Assembly: GCA_038153405.1 (NCBI GenBank)
Contig: JAYOYH010000001.1
Coordinates: 96,156 to 160,155 of the forward strand
Direction: 5' to 3'
DNA from: Gemmatimonadota bacterium
GTDB lineage: Bacteria > Latescibacterota > UBA2968 > UBA8231
Length of the DNA: 64,000 nucleotides
In this document: positions 16,906-27,722 of the stretch, one piece after another
Layout: every line of letters starts with the position of its first letter
Position numbering within the stretch: the stretch's first letter is position 1
Made by a program: the position numbers and the translations under genes
The notes under the pieces: generated by a model
Databases searched by the model: none
Told to the model about the DNA's origin: nothing
What the model saw: the letters and a program-made list of their open reading frames with translations, nothing else

Positions 16906-19164
16906 ATGGAAGCAGTAGAGGCTGGGCCTCTTAACGCCGTGCTGCCTGGACCGGAGGCGCGCCAAGTCGAACAGCTACTGGCTGAGGGAGAGCGCGTGCG
17001 GGCGTGCGTGCGCGCCGATATGGCGGATGCGTTTTGTTATGGGACGCGCTGGGTAGTGCTCGGTGATAAACACCTGCTGCTGAGCGGGGGCGATGGCGAC
17101 TGGTTGCAGCTGGCGTTGTCCGATATCGAGGCGGCACAGACGCTCGAACTGGTCGGCGGAGGCCTGTTGGAAATCGCGCGCAAGGAGGGCGCACCGGAGC
17201 TAGTCCATTATTCTTCTTCGCTGCACGCGCTCTTTGTCGAAGTGGCCGTGGTGCTCAATCAGCTGGTACGAGGTGAGGCGCTGGCCTTGCCCACGCAGGT
17301 TGAGCGCAGCCGCTGTGCGGCCTGTAATCGCCTATTAGTTGAGAAGGATGGTATCTGCCCATTTTGTATTTCGCGCTGGGATACACTGGGCCGCATTGCC
17401 TACTTTCTGCGGCCCTATACTGGGCGCGTCGTGGCGCTGATGGTCGGTTCGATAGCCATGACTGCGCTGGGGTTGCTCCCGCCCTATGTGGTGCGCCATA
17501 TCATTGACGACGTGCTCAATCCCGGCGTGCGCGGCGAGATTTCGGCTGAGGAGGGCATGGCGCTGCTGGGTTGGCTGGTGCTGGGTTTGCTAGGGGCTCA
17601 GCTGCTGACGTGGGGGACCAATCTAGCGACGGGCTTTATGCGCGCCGATATCTCTGCTTGGTCGAGCCGCGACGTGCGCGAAAAACTCTATCACAGCCTG
17701 CAGTTCCTACCGCTGCGCTTCTACGAGAAACGCCAAGTCGGCAATCTGATTTCGCGCTTTATGAACGATGCCGATCGCCTAGAAATGTTTCTGCTCTTCT
17801 TCGTGCCCTTTCTCGTCTCCAACGTGATGATGCTGGTCGGCATCCTAGGCTTGCTGTTTTGGATGAACTGGGAGCTAACGCTCTACGTGCTGCTGCCGGT
17901 GCCTTTTATATGGGTGGCAAGCGTAAAAAAATTCGGTCAGCTGCGGCGCTACTGGAGCACTTGGTCGACCAAGTGGTCTAGGCTTTCATCGCATATCAAC
18001 GAATCCATTTCGGGTATCCGCATCGTCAAGTCCTTTGCACAGGAGCGGCGGGAAGAGGAGCGCTTTGCCTCGCGCAACGAGGCGCTGTGGGAAGCCAGCG
18101 TAACGGCCGAGCGCGTATGGGTCGTTTTTTCGGCCATCGTCAATTTCGTCATGAGCTTTGGCATTTTCCTCGTCTGGTATTTTGGCGGCCGCCAGATTCT
18201 CAACGAGGAACTGACGCTGGGTGTGCTGATGGCTTTTATCAGCTATATATGGCAGCTGTATCGGCCGCTGCAGTTTTTCAGCGCTGCCAATAATGCGATT
18301 ACGCGGTCGCTGGCCGGTGCCGAGCGTATTTTTGAAGTGATCGACGCGACGCCAGAATCCTTTGATAAGAAGGATGCTCAGCCGCTGCCCGACCTGAAAG
18401 GGCGCGTCGATTTTCGCGATGTATTCTTTGGCTACGATCCGGGCAAGCCGGTGCTCAAAGGGGTCGACCTGCAGGTACAGCCGGGCGAGATGATCGGCTT
18501 GGTGGGGCGATCGGGCGTGGGCAAGAGCACGCTGATAAATCTCATATGCCGATTTTACGACGTGGATCGCGGCCTAGTAGAAATTGACGGCGTCGATATC
18601 CGCGCCATTCGCCTGTCTGACGTGCGCCGGCAAATTGGCATGGTCGCCCAGGAATCGTTTCTCTTTAACGGCACCATCTTTGAAAACATAGCCTATGCCC
18701 GCCCTGAGGCCACCTTCAAAGAGGTGATGCGCGCTGCGCGCGCGGCCAATGCGCACGAGTTTATCATCAAAAAGCCCGATGGCTACGATACCAAAGTCGG
18801 CGAGCGCGGGAATGCGCTGTCTGGCGGCGAGAAACAGCGCATATCGATTGCTCGGGCCATCCTGCACGATCCCAAGATACTGATTCTCGACGAGGCGACT
18901 TCGGCCGTAGATACGCCGACGGAAAAAAAGGTCCAAGAGGCTATTGCCAATTTGGTGCGTGGCCGCACTACCTTTGCCATTGCCCATCGCTTGTCGACGC
19001 TGCGCAACGCCGACCGACTCGTCGTGCTAGACGACGGCAAGGTCGCTGAAATCGGCACCCACGAGGAGCTGATGGCGCGCGAGGGCATTTTTCACACTCT
19101 CGTTACAACGCAGCAGCAGACGACGGCGGTCATGGCCGTTGGCGGCAAGGGAAAGGACGACTGA
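16906..19164 (+). CDS. ABC exporter (TMD+NBD) with N-terminal extension and Zn ribbon, subunit 2
   Basis: GRSGVGKST, LSGGEKQR, ILDEATSA; RCAAC...GICPFC; paralog of the preceding gene. Confidence 0.9.
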   Translation: MEAVEAGPLNAVLPGPEARQVEQLLAEGERVRACVRADMADAFCYGTRWVVLGDKHLLLSGGDGDWLQLALSDIEAAQTLELVGGGLLEIARKEGAPELVHYSSSLHALFVEVAVVLNQLVRGEALALPTQVERSRCAACNRLLVEKDGICPFCISRWDTLGRIAYFLRPYTGRVVALMVGSIAMTALGLLPPYVVRHIIDDVLNPGVRGEISAEEGMALLGWLVLGLLGAQLLTWGTNLATGFMRADISAWSSRDVREKLYHSLQFLPLRFYEKRQVGNLISRFMNDADRLEMFLLFFVPFLVSNVMMLVGILGLLFWMNWELTLYVLLPVPFIWVASVKKFGQLRRYWSTWSTKWSRLSSHINESISGIRIVKSFAQERREEERFASRNEALWEASVTAERVWVVFSAIVNFVMSFGIFLVWYFGGRQILNEELTLGVLMAFISYIWQLYRPLQFFSAANNAITRSLAGAERIFEVIDATPESFDKKDAQPLPDLKGRVDFRDVFFGYDPGKPVLKGVDLQVQPGEMIGLVGRSGVGKSTLINLICRFYDVDRGLVEIDGVDIRAIRLSDVRRQIGMVAQESFLFNGTIFENIAYARPEATFKEVMRAARAANAHEFIIKKPDGYDTKVGERGNALSGGEKQRISIARAILHDPKILILDEATSAVDTPTEKKVQEAIANLVRGRTTFAIAHRLSTLRNADRLVVLDDGKVAEIGTHEELMAREGIFHTLVTTQQQTTAVMAVGGKGKDD

Positions 19165-19212
19165 ATTGTCGCACGGCCTGGATGAGTATTTCGATCGTCG
19201 GAAGGAAAATGG

Positions 19213-20565
19213 ATGAGAGATACAGCGGTCATGAGCGCCGGCTGGGCATCGGTCGACTGCACGCCGCCATTGGGCTTGCCTATGGGCGGACGGGGAACGC
19301 GTTTTACGCCGGGGGCGGCCGTGCTCGATCCCCTGTGCATGCAAGCGCTGCTCTTGTGCGATGTCGGCGATAAGGCCCTCCTGCTATTATCGATCGATAT
19401 GATCGGCCTATCGGGTGATATGAGCGCGCGTTTTCGCCGCGAAATTGCCGCGCATAGCGGTCTGCCACCCAGCTGTATCGTGCTCAACTTTTCCCATACG
19501 CACAGCGGGCCGATGAGCGGTTACGAAGGCTATGCAACAGATCGACCCAAGCCGGCCGAAATGATTTCTTACGAAGAAAAATTGCTGGAAAAGGCCTGCT
19601 GGCTGGCCCGCGCTGCTCAGGGCAGCCAACAGCCTGCGCGCGTCTGCTGGCATCGGGGCACATCGCATATTGGCATCAATCGCCGCGCGCGTAACGAGCA
19701 AGGAGAGATGGCCCTTCGCCCCAATCCCAATGGACATTATAATCCAGATTTATGGGTATTGGATGTTGCCGGGGCCGACGGCCGACGCTGCATCGCCTTT
19801 TCCTATGGGTGTCATCCCGTTATGGTGTACGGCTACGCATGGGATGGCATTTCCGCCGATTTTCCCGGAGTCTGTCGCCGCGCTATACAGGAGGCGCTCG
19901 GTCCGCAGGTGCAGGCGCAGTATATCCAGGGACTAGCTGGCAATGTGCGTCCGCGGCTGCTGGCCAATATACAGCAGGGCGTCTTTGAAAAGGGGACGGC
20001 CGAATCGGTGTTGCAGGTTGGTCGCCAACTGGCCGGCGATGTGCTCAACGCATTGGGTAATGGAGGCGACGAGTTGGTGCTGGATATACGCGTGTGTTCC
20101 ACTTGGGTGATGGTAGAGCGCGATCAGCAGGTCTGGCCGCTGGCGCACTGGCAGGAACTGTCCGATAGCGCTGACCATATGCAGCGCGAATTGGGTCAGT
20201 ACTGGCTCAGTCGACTGCGAGAGGGGCCGCCGCCGGTGCGCGCTGTGCCGTGGGAAATAGGCCTGCTGCAGTTGGCGCCAGCGCACCGCATTGCCTTTTT
20301 TTCTGGTGAGGTGTTGGCCGAGTGGTTGCCGCTTATTCGCCGCTGGTTGGCCGATGAGCAACTCGTGGCCTGGGGCTACTGTCAAGATGGGCGCGGCTAT
20401 ATGCCTACCGATGCGCTGCTCGATGAGGGCGGCTACGAAGTGCTGCAGTCGAATGTATATAACAAGAGTGGTCCAGGGCCCTTTGCCAAGGGAATAGACG
20501 ATGCCGTGCGGCGCGCATTGGTCCGCCTACATTGGATGCTCGAACGCGAGGAGTGCGCGCTGTGA
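19213..20565 (+). CDS. Neutral/alkaline ceramidase-like amidohydrolase
   Basis: DCTPPLGLPMGG, SHTHSGP, INRR, GCHP, ISADFPG, EGGYE. Confidence 0.75.
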   Translation: MRDTAVMSAGWASVDCTPPLGLPMGGRGTRFTPGAAVLDPLCMQALLLCDVGDKALLLLSIDMIGLSGDMSARFRREIAAHSGLPPSCIVLNFSHTHSGPMSGYEGYATDRPKPAEMISYEEKLLEKACWLARAAQGSQQPARVCWHRGTSHIGINRRARNEQGEMALRPNPNGHYNPDLWVLDVAGADGRRCIAFSYGCHPVMVYGYAWDGISADFPGVCRRAIQEALGPQVQAQYIQGLAGNVRPRLLANIQQGVFEKGTAESVLQVGRQLAGDVLNALGNGGDELVLDIRVCSTWVMVERDQQVWPLAHWQELSDSADHMQRELGQYWLSRLREGPPPVRAVPWEIGLLQLAPAHRIAFFSGEVLAEWLPLIRRWLADEQLVAWGYCQDGRGYMPTDALLDEGGYEVLQSNVYNKSGPGPFAKGIDDAVRRALVRLHWMLEREECAL

Positions 20566-21344
20566 AAATAGCAACGTACAATGTCTTGGGCCTGACCGGC
20601 TACCCACCCGCCGAAGCACAGAAGGATTTGGGACCGCCTGGCAGCGAGCAGCACGTGGCGCATTTTGCCAAAGTCTTTGCCTCGTTGGATTGCGATCTTA
20701 TCGCTCTGCAGGAAGGCGTCGCGGTGCGCCAGATGCAGCAGGTTGCCAAGTCTATGGGCTATTATCTGTCGACGCACCCCTCGCCCATTGCCTGGCCGGG
20801 ACACCTGCTGTCGCGCGTTCCCATCGTCGAGTCGCGCACGTTTAGTCACTGGAACCCCCACATCGACGTGCCGCCGTTTAGCCGCACGGCCGGCGCGTCG
20901 CTCGTCGAGGGGGCGGGAGGGAAAAGGTTGTGGGTAGTCAATGTGCATCTACATCCAGGCGACGTGGCGCTGCGTCGCGTAGAAGGCGACTTGCTTCGGG
21001 ATAGGATTGAGTCTCTGCTAGTCGACTGTCCCAACGTCGTCGTGCTCGGCGACTTTAACTGCGAAATAGATGAGCGCGTGCACGAAAATGTGCGTGCATT
21101 GGGCTTTGTCAATGCCGTGGAGCGCGCCTATGCCGGCGGCATTCAGGCGACGATGGACACCGTTGGCATTCGCACGCATTATATTGACCACATTTACTTC
21201 AGTCCGGCTTTAGCTCCTGCACTCCTATCGGCACAGGTTGTGCGGGCCGAGGGTTTTCGCCACGATGGTCCGCAGGTCGAGGGAGTGTGGGTACATTCAG
21301 ACCATCTGCCGGTGGTCGCCCAAATCGATTGGCCTCTTGCTTAG
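20562..21344 (+). CDS. Endonuclease/exonuclease/phosphatase family protein
   Basis: [31 protein letters not shown] start overlaps the upstream stop. Confidence 0.85.
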   Translation: MKIATYNVLGLTGYPPAEAQKDLGPPGSEQHVAHFAKVFASLDCDLIALQEGVAVRQMQQVAKSMGYYLSTHPSPIAWPGHLLSRVPIVESRTFSHWNPHIDVPPFSRTAGASLVEGAGGKRLWVVNVHLHPGDVALRRVEGDLLRDRIESLLVDCPNVVVLGDFNCEIDERVHENVRALGFVNAVERAYAGGIQATMDTVGIRTHYIDHIYFSPALAPALLSAQVVRAEGFRHDGPQVEGVWVHSDHLPVVAQIDWPLA

Positions 21345-21354
21345 AAGGGATATT

Positions 21355-23529
21355 ATGAGCGAACGCATACGAGTGGGAGCGTTACACGTCGACGCCGCGC
21401 TGTACGCGCTGGTGCGCGACGAAATTGCACCGGGCACGGGCGTCGAATCCGAACGGATCTGGCAGGGGCTGCAGGCGATCATCGAAGAACTTGGTTCGCG
21501 TCACAGCGCCCTGTTGTCCCAGCGCGACGATATGCAGCGTCTGATTGACCAGTGGCACCTGCAGCGTCGCGGTGCGCCGTTAGACGGTGAGGCCTATCGC
21601 CAGTTTTTGCGCGAAATAGGCTATATAGAAGAAGGGGTAGAGCATGTTTCAGTTACGACGGAAAACGTCGACCGCGAAGTTGCTCAGGTCGCCGGCCCCC
21701 AGCTGGTCGTGCCCGTTGACAACGCGCGCTATTGCATCAATGCCGCCAATGCGCGCTGGGGCAGTCTCTACGATGCGCTCTACGGAACGGATGCCATAGC
21801 CGAAGACGGCGGTGCCGAGCGCGGCGATGCGTATAACCCGGTGCGCGGTGCGCGCGTCGTGGCCCAGGCCAACGCGTTTCTGGACGGCGCCGTGCCTCTG
21901 CGCGAGGGGGGCTACGACGGAGTGTGCGGTTTGGCGCTGGTTGACGAGGGGGGCCGCAAGCACCTGCAGGTGCAAATAGAGCAGGGCGTAACGGAACTGC
22001 GCGATCCGTCGCAGTGGGTCGGCTATGTCGAAGAAGAGGGCCAGCTGCGCTGCGTGCTGATGGTCAACAACGGATTGCATATTGAGATACACATAGATCC
22101 CAGTGATCCGATTGGTCAGGCGCATCCGGCCGGTATTAAGGACGTGGTGCTGGAGGCGGCCATTACGACCATTCAAGACTGCGAAGACTCGGTGTCCGCC
22201 GTCGATGCGGCTGACAAAGTGCGCGTCTACAGAAATTGGTGCGGTCTGATGAAGGGGGATTTGCGCGCTCAGTTTGACAAGGGAGATCGCCCCATAACGC
22301 GCCGACTCAATGCCGATCGCCGCTATTGCGATCCGGCTGGACAGCCGCTAGTACTTCCGGGTCGCAGCCTGCTACTGGTGCGCAATGTCGGCATCCACAT
22401 GTATACTGACGCCGTGCTAACGGCCGATGGCCAAGCCATTCCAGAGGGGTTTCTCGATGCGCTGATCACCTCGCTTGCAGCGCTCCACGACCTGCGCAGT
22501 GCGGGCGAAATAAAGAATAGCCGCACGGGCAGTGTGTATATCGTCAAGCCCAAAATGCATGGGCCAGCCGAAGTGGCGGCGACGGTCGCCCTCTTTGGTA
22601 GGGTAGAGGAGGTCCTGGGGCTGCCGCGCAACACGCTGAAGATCGGCATCATGGACGAAGAGCGGCGCACTACGGTCAATCTGGCGCGCGCCATCGCCCA
22701 GGCCAGCGAGCGATTAATTTTTATCAATACCGGTTTTCTCGATCGCACGGGCGATGAAATCCACACCAGTATGGAAGCGGGTCCGATGTTGCCCAAGGGG
22801 CAGATTAAAGAGCAGAAGTGGCTGCAGGCCTACGAAGATTGGAACGTCGATATCGGCATTGAAACAGGGTTGGTAGGACGCGGGCAAATAGGCAAGGGGA
22901 TGTGGGCTATGCCGGATGCCATGCGCGCTATGCTACAGGCCAAGATTGGCCACCCACAGGCCGGTGCGAGTACGGCGTGGGTGCCGTCGCCGACGGCGGC
23001 CGTGCTGCACGCCATGCACTATCACGAGGTCTCCGTGACACAGCGCCAGCGTGCGTTAGCGCAGCGCCAGCGCGCATCGCTGGAAGATATCCTGACGCCG
23101 CCGCTGTTGGGCCAAGAGCTGAGCGCAGAAGAAATTCAGCGCGAATTGGACAACAATGCCCAGGGGATATTGGGCTATGTCTCGCGCTGGGTTGGCCAGG
23201 GCATCGGCTGTTCGAAAGTGCCCGACATTAATGACGTCGGGCTAATGGAAGACCGCGCCACGCTGCGCATTTCCAGTCAACACATCGCCAACTGGCTGCA
23301 CCACGGTCTCGTCGATGCGGCGCAGGTGCGTGCCACTTTTGCGCGCATGGCCGAAGTCGTCGACCGGCAAAATGCCGGGGATGTGGCCTATGTGCCGATG
23401 GCGGAAAATCTGGATGCCAGCGTCGGTTTTCAAGCCGCGCTAGACTTGGTGTTTAACGGGCGTCAAGAGCCCAATGGGTATACCGAGAACGTGCTGCATA
23501 CGCGCCGTCGCCAGGCCAAGTTGGCGTGA
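21355..23529 (+). CDS. glcB: Malate synthase G
   Basis: [66 protein letters not shown]. Confidence 0.97.
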   Translation: MSERIRVGALHVDAALYALVRDEIAPGTGVESERIWQGLQAIIEELGSRHSALLSQRDDMQRLIDQWHLQRRGAPLDGEAYRQFLREIGYIEEGVEHVSVTTENVDREVAQVAGPQLVVPVDNARYCINAANARWGSLYDALYGTDAIAEDGGAERGDAYNPVRGARVVAQANAFLDGAVPLREGGYDGVCGLALVDEGGRKHLQVQIEQGVTELRDPSQWVGYVEEEGQLRCVLMVNNGLHIEIHIDPSDPIGQAHPAGIKDVVLEAAITTIQDCEDSVSAVDAADKVRVYRNWCGLMKGDLRAQFDKGDRPITRRLNADRRYCDPAGQPLVLPGRSLLLVRNVGIHMYTDAVLTADGQAIPEGFLDALITSLAALHDLRSAGEIKNSRTGSVYIVKPKMHGPAEVAATVALFGRVEEVLGLPRNTLKIGIMDEERRTTVNLARAIAQASERLIFINTGFLDRTGDEIHTSMEAGPMLPKGQIKEQKWLQAYEDWNVDIGIETGLVGRGQIGKGMWAMPDAMRAMLQAKIGHPQAGASTAWVPSPTAAVLHAMHYHEVSVTQRQRALAQRQRASLEDILTPPLLGQELSAEEIQRELDNNAQGILGYVSRWVGQGIGCSKVPDINDVGLMEDRATLRISSQHIANWLHHGLVDAAQVRATFARMAEVVDRQNAGDVAYVPMAENLDASVGFQAALDLVFNGRQEPNGYTENVLHTRRRQAKLA

Positions 23530-23530
23530 T

Positions 23531-24007
23531 ATGGCCGAAGAGATCGAGCGCAAATTTCTCGTTGCCGATCCCTCGTTTTTGCACGGTGTAGAAGGCATTG
23601 ACTGCACGCAGGGCTATATGCCCGGACGAGAGCGCAGTGTCGTGCGCATTCGCATAAAGGGTCAGCGAGGGTTTTTGACGATAAAGAGTGCCGCGCGTGG
23701 CATTGCGCGCAGCGAATTCGAATACGAAATACCGCTGTCTGACGCGCGGGAAATGCTCGCGTTGCTCTGCGATAAGCCGCTGGTCGAAAAGACGCGCTAC
23801 GAGGTGTCCTTTGCTGACAATTTATGGGAAGTCGACGTATTTAGCGGGCTGAACAACGGATTGGTGCTGGCCGAAATAGAGCTGGAAGCAGCCGATCAAG
23901 ACTTTGAGAAGCCGCCGTGGCTAGGCCGAGAAGTGTCGCATGACGATCGCTATTTCAACTCGCAGCTTGCGCGCAATCCCTACAGCACCTGGGCGTCGGC
24001 AGATTAG
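23531..24007 (+). CDS. CYTH-domain (triphosphate tunnel) protein
   Basis: EIERKFLV, EFEYEIP, KTRY, WEVDVF, AEIEL, EVS.D.RYFN. Confidence 0.9.
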   Translation: MAEEIERKFLVADPSFLHGVEGIDCTQGYMPGRERSVVRIRIKGQRGFLTIKSAARGIARSEFEYEIPLSDAREMLALLCDKPLVEKTRYEVSFADNLWEVDVFSGLNNGLVLAEIELEAADQDFEKPPWLGREVSHDDRYFNSQLARNPYSTWASAD

Positions 24008-24019
24008 CGCGTGCCTCGC

Positions 24020-24373
24020 TCAATGCGTGCGGAGGTAATCGCGCACTCGCTCAATCCACTCGGCTGGTAGGTCCTGCGGCGAGCGCACCTGAAAGACTTC
24101 ACCGTGCGTCGCATTCGTCCAGTGTAAGTGAGCCTGTGCGTCGTCAAAGTGCAGTTGGCCCTGTGCAAAGCCCCGCTCTTGCTGCGCTCCGCGGCGATCC
24201 ATCGAGCGAAAATCTAGTCTCCGCAGCGCTCTTTTATCGCCGTCGAAGTAAAGCCAAAAAAATACGCGATCCGGCGGTGCATCAGCTGGTCCATCGCATC
24301 TTTTAACCTCGATCAGACCGTTTGACGCATTGGAAAAGTAGAAGAGAACCTGAAATGTCGGTGGCTGTGTCAT
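24020..24373 (-). CDS. Hypothetical protein
   Basis: 117-aa ORF filling the gap downstream of nadC, same strand. Confidence 0.55.
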   Translation of the reverse strand: MTQPPTFQVLFYFSNASNGLIEVKRCDGPADAPPDRVFFWLYFDGDKRALRRLDFRSMDRRGAQQERGFAQGQLHFDDAQAHLHWTNATHGEVFQVRSPQDLPAEWIERVRDYLRTH

Positions 24374-24411
24374 ATGTGTTTGTAGATCACTCGGTTTCGT
24401 AGGAGAGAGAC

Positions 24412-25302
24412 TCAGTCGATCAGCAGGCTCAAATCGAGTGCGGGAGCTGAGTGGGTTAGCGAGCCAATGGAGATCAGGTCGACGCCGGTCTGCGCGGCTC
24501 CGGAAACGGTTTCCAACGTGTAGCCTCCCGTTGCCTCGATTGCGATGGCTGCGCTGACGCGGCGAATGCGTTCTACGGCCTGGCGCATGGTATCGTTGTC
24601 CATATTGTCCAGCATAATGCGCTGGGGATTTAGGCCGATGAGGCTATCCACTTCTTCTAAGGTTTCGGCTTCGACAAAAATGGGCACGCTGCGACCGCTC
24701 TGGGCCGCGGCTGCGCGCGCCCTGCGCACCGCCGCGGCTACGCCTCCGCACGAAGCGGCGTGATTTTCCTTGATGAGCACGGCGTCGTGCAGGCCGATGC
24801 GGTGGTTGACGCCGCCGCCTTGGACGACGGCCCACTTTTGCAGGTGGCGCCAGCCGGGGGTGGTTTTGCGGGTGTCGGTGATGCTGGCGGCGGTGCCGAC
24901 AATGGCCTCGACAAAGCGGCGCGTATGGCTGGCCACTCCAGATAGCTTCTGCAAAAAGTTGAGGGCCGTGCGCTCGCCGCACAGCAGCACGGAGGTGCGA
25001 CCCTGCAAGCGAACGATAATCTGATCGGCTTCAACGGACTGGCCGTCGGCTACAGCGGCAGAAAAATGGGTCGTTGGATCGAGTCGCGCGAAGGTCATTC
25101 GGGCTAACTCTATGCCGGCGACAACGCCGGGGCGACGCGCGACAATGCGGGCGCTGGCTTGGGCTTCAGCATCGAGCGTCCAGGCCGAAGTTATGTCGTT
25201 CTGGAGGTCGACGGTGCCGCCGAGGTCTTCGCTGAGCGCCTGCTCAACTAGCGGAATATATTCGGCCCAATTGAGCCCATTGCATTGGTTAGAACTGATC
25301 AT
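24412..25302 (-). CDS. nadC: Nicotinate-nucleotide diphosphorylase (quinolinate phosphoribosyltransferase)
   Basis: ERTALNFLQ, DTRKTTPG, NHRIGL.DAVLIKENH, IMLDNM. Confidence 0.95.
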   Translation of the reverse strand: MISSNQCNGLNWAEYIPLVEQALSEDLGGTVDLQNDITSAWTLDAEAQASARIVARRPGVVAGIELARMTFARLDPTTHFSAAVADGQSVEADQIIVRLQGRTSVLLCGERTALNFLQKLSGVASHTRRFVEAIVGTAASITDTRKTTPGWRHLQKWAVVQGGGVNHRIGLHDAVLIKENHAASCGGVAAAVRRARAAAAQSGRSVPIFVEAETLEEVDSLIGLNPQRIMLDNMDNDTMRQAVERIRRVSAAIAIEATGGYTLETVSGAAQTGVDLISIGSLTHSAPALDLSLLID

Positions 25303-25457
25303 ATTGGATCTCGTACTCGTTGGCCCATAGCGGTCTTAAAGAGGAAATGGCCGTTTACCTGCTAGCGATAGAAGAACTTGATGAGCAAAGGCGATGGCGT
25401 CAATTGACGACTCTATTTGTTCTGTTGCTGTAGCGTTTTTCAAGCCGTTGGGCGGGG

Positions 25458-25486
25458 TAGACAAGTGCCGGGAGCAGGGCTATTAT
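25458..25486 (+). promoter_or_regulatory. Sigma70-type promoter for the DUF3604 gene
   Basis: TAGACA, 17 nt, TATTAT. Confidence 0.5.
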
Positions 25487-25552
25487 TCAGGGCGTGCGGC
25501 GGGCGTATGGCACACTCGACGATGCAGCGGATATCCAGCGGAAGAAAGAGGC

Positions 25553-27718
25553 ATGCAAAGCGATCACACAACGATGTACGGCTGGGCCGAGATCGAACCG
25601 GTAGGACAAGTCGTGGCCGGCAGCACGGCGTCGTTTGCGCTGACATATCACGTAGGTCGCTACGGGATGGACGACGGAGGAACGCTGAAAGTCTGCGTGC
25701 GCTTTGCATCCGATTGGGGTTATCCGCAGTTCGACGATCCGCAGGGGCTCAACTATGCTACGGTCGAGACTAGTGGACGGGGAAAGATACGCTATCGCTT
25801 TGATTTGAAGGGCTATATTCGCCCCTTTCAAAAGTGCCTAGTCGTCGACGTCGAGCAGTGGGCGCTGGCCGAAGGCGATGTCATACGCATCGTCTACGGC
25901 GATCGTTCAGCCGGTTCGCCCGGTACAGTCGTGCAGACTTTTCGCGAGTATCGATTCCAGTATAAAGTGGCCGTCGACTGCTTTGGCACGGGTCAATTCG
26001 TCGAACTGTTGGAGCATCCCGAACTGGAGATCGTCCCCGATTGCGCCGCCAAACTCGTTCTGGTCACACCGAGTCAAGTGGCTCCTGACGGCGCGTTCGA
26101 TCTCGGGGTCAAGCTGGAAGATACTTGGGGCAATCCGGCCGTGGGGTTTTGTGGTGAGGTTGTCATAGACAATGCCGACGACTTTGTCGGACTGCCCGAG
26201 CACTGTGTTTTTGGCGCCGATGAAGGAGGAGTACGGCGCTTGCAGGGCGTGCGCTGTCGGCAACCTGGCACCTGGCGCGTGCGCGCGCACAGCGGCCACC
26301 TGCGCGCCGAGAGCAATCCGATTGAGTGCGCGACTGCGCTCGACGCGCTGCGGCCCTTTTGGGGCGATCTACACGGCCAGAGCGGAGAGACCGTCGGCAC
26401 CAATGCGGTAGAGGACTACTTTCGCTTTGCCCGCGATGTGGCGCTGCTCGACTTTGCCGGTCACCAGGGTAACGATTTCCAGATAACAAAAGAGACGTGG
26501 GCGGAAATCGGCCGCTGCGCGCGTGCATTTTGCGAAGATGGGCGCTTTGTGAGCTTTCCCGGCTACGAATGGTCGGCCAATACGCCGGCCGGTGGCGACC
26601 GCAACGTCTACTATCTGCGCGACGGAGAAGATATCTATCGCACGAGCCACTGGCAGGTGGCCGATCGCTCGGATGCCGATGCCGATTGCTATCCGGTGGG
26701 CGAACTCTTTGAACGGCTGCGCGACAAGGAGGCCCTCGTTGTTCCGCACATTGGCGGGCGCCCGGCCGATCTGCGCTTTCACGATCCGCAGTTAGAGCCC
26801 GTTATCGAAATATATTCTGCGTGGGGACAGTTTGAGTGGTTGCTGCGCGAGGCCATTGAACGCGGGTATAAGGTGGGCTTTGTCGCCGGCAGCGACGATC
26901 ACAAGGGCCGTCCCGGAGCGAGCTACCCCGGCTCATCGTCCTTTGGCGTCTATGGTGGACTGACCTGCGTTCTGGCAAGCGAACTGAGCCGTGAGGGCAT
27001 ATGGAGGGCGATCAAGGCGCGGCGCTGCTACGCGACGAGCGGACAGCGCATCGCCCTGGACGTGCGCGCTGACGGACATCGGATGGGCGAGGAGTTTCGC
27101 GCCGAGGGCATGCCGCATATCGAAGTGCGCGCCGATGGGACGGCAGCTATTGAAGAAATGCGCGTGATGCGCGGTTTGGAGACGGTCTACCGCTATCCAG
27201 AGCAGATGCCGCGCGATCGCAAGCGCCTGCGCATCAAGTGGAGCGGAGCCCTTATTCGGGGGCGCGCGCGCATTGCGCGTTGGGATGGTCAACTGTCGCT
27301 GCGCAATGGGCGCATCAAGGCGGTCCAACCCTTTGCTTTCGATAGCGCGGCCGAATACGTGGAACGCTGGGATGAACACGGCATCTGGTGGAGGTCGGTT
27401 ACGTCGGGTGACGAAGACGGACTGATTATCGACGTCGAACTCGAAGAGAGTGCCGAACTCCACTTTGCCGCAGAGCCGGCCGAGTTTGTTTTGGCTCTTG
27501 GCGGACTGGGCGACGGCGTGCACTGCGTAGAGGCGGGTGGAGAAGAGTTGCGCGTAGAGGTCGAATTTCTGCCGCTGGGCGTCGGCGATGCACACTGTGC
27601 CTTCAGCTGGACCGACCGGGCGCCGTTGGCTGGTTGTACGCCCTATTATGTACGCTTGACCCAAGTCGACGGCGCGCGCGCTTGGAGCAGTCCCTTCTAC
27701 ATACACTGCGGGAGGTAG
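25553..27718 (+). CDS. DUF3604-family (PHP-like metallohydrolase) protein
   Basis: WGDLHGQS, GYEWS, GGDRNV, PHIGGR, GSDDHKGRPG, RRCYATSG, AWSSPF. Confidence 0.8.
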   Translation: MQSDHTTMYGWAEIEPVGQVVAGSTASFALTYHVGRYGMDDGGTLKVCVRFASDWGYPQFDDPQGLNYATVETSGRGKIRYRFDLKGYIRPFQKCLVVDVEQWALAEGDVIRIVYGDRSAGSPGTVVQTFREYRFQYKVAVDCFGTGQFVELLEHPELEIVPDCAAKLVLVTPSQVAPDGAFDLGVKLEDTWGNPAVGFCGEVVIDNADDFVGLPEHCVFGADEGGVRRLQGVRCRQPGTWRVRAHSGHLRAESNPIECATALDALRPFWGDLHGQSGETVGTNAVEDYFRFARDVALLDFAGHQGNDFQITKETWAEIGRCARAFCEDGRFVSFPGYEWSANTPAGGDRNVYYLRDGEDIYRTSHWQVADRSDADADCYPVGELFERLRDKEALVVPHIGGRPADLRFHDPQLEPVIEIYSAWGQFEWLLREAIERGYKVGFVAGSDDHKGRPGASYPGSSSFGVYGGLTCVLASELSREGIWRAIKARRCYATSGQRIALDVRADGHRMGEEFRAEGMPHIEVRADGTAAIEEMRVMRGLETVYRYPEQMPRDRKRLRIKWSGALIRGRARIARWDGQLSLRNGRIKAVQPFAFDSAAEYVERWDEHGIWWRSVTSGDEDGLIIDVELEESAELHFAAEPAEFVLALGGLGDGVHCVEAGGEELRVEVEFLPLGVGDAHCAFSWTDRAPLAGCTPYYVRLTQVDGARAWSSPFYIHCGR

Positions 27719-27722
27719 GGCC

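Noticed and set aside
25398..25409. Palindrome CGTCAATTGACG upstream of nadC as an NrtR operator
   Set aside because: Spacing is GT-N6-AC rather than GT-N7-AC; it may simply be two abutting -35-like boxes.
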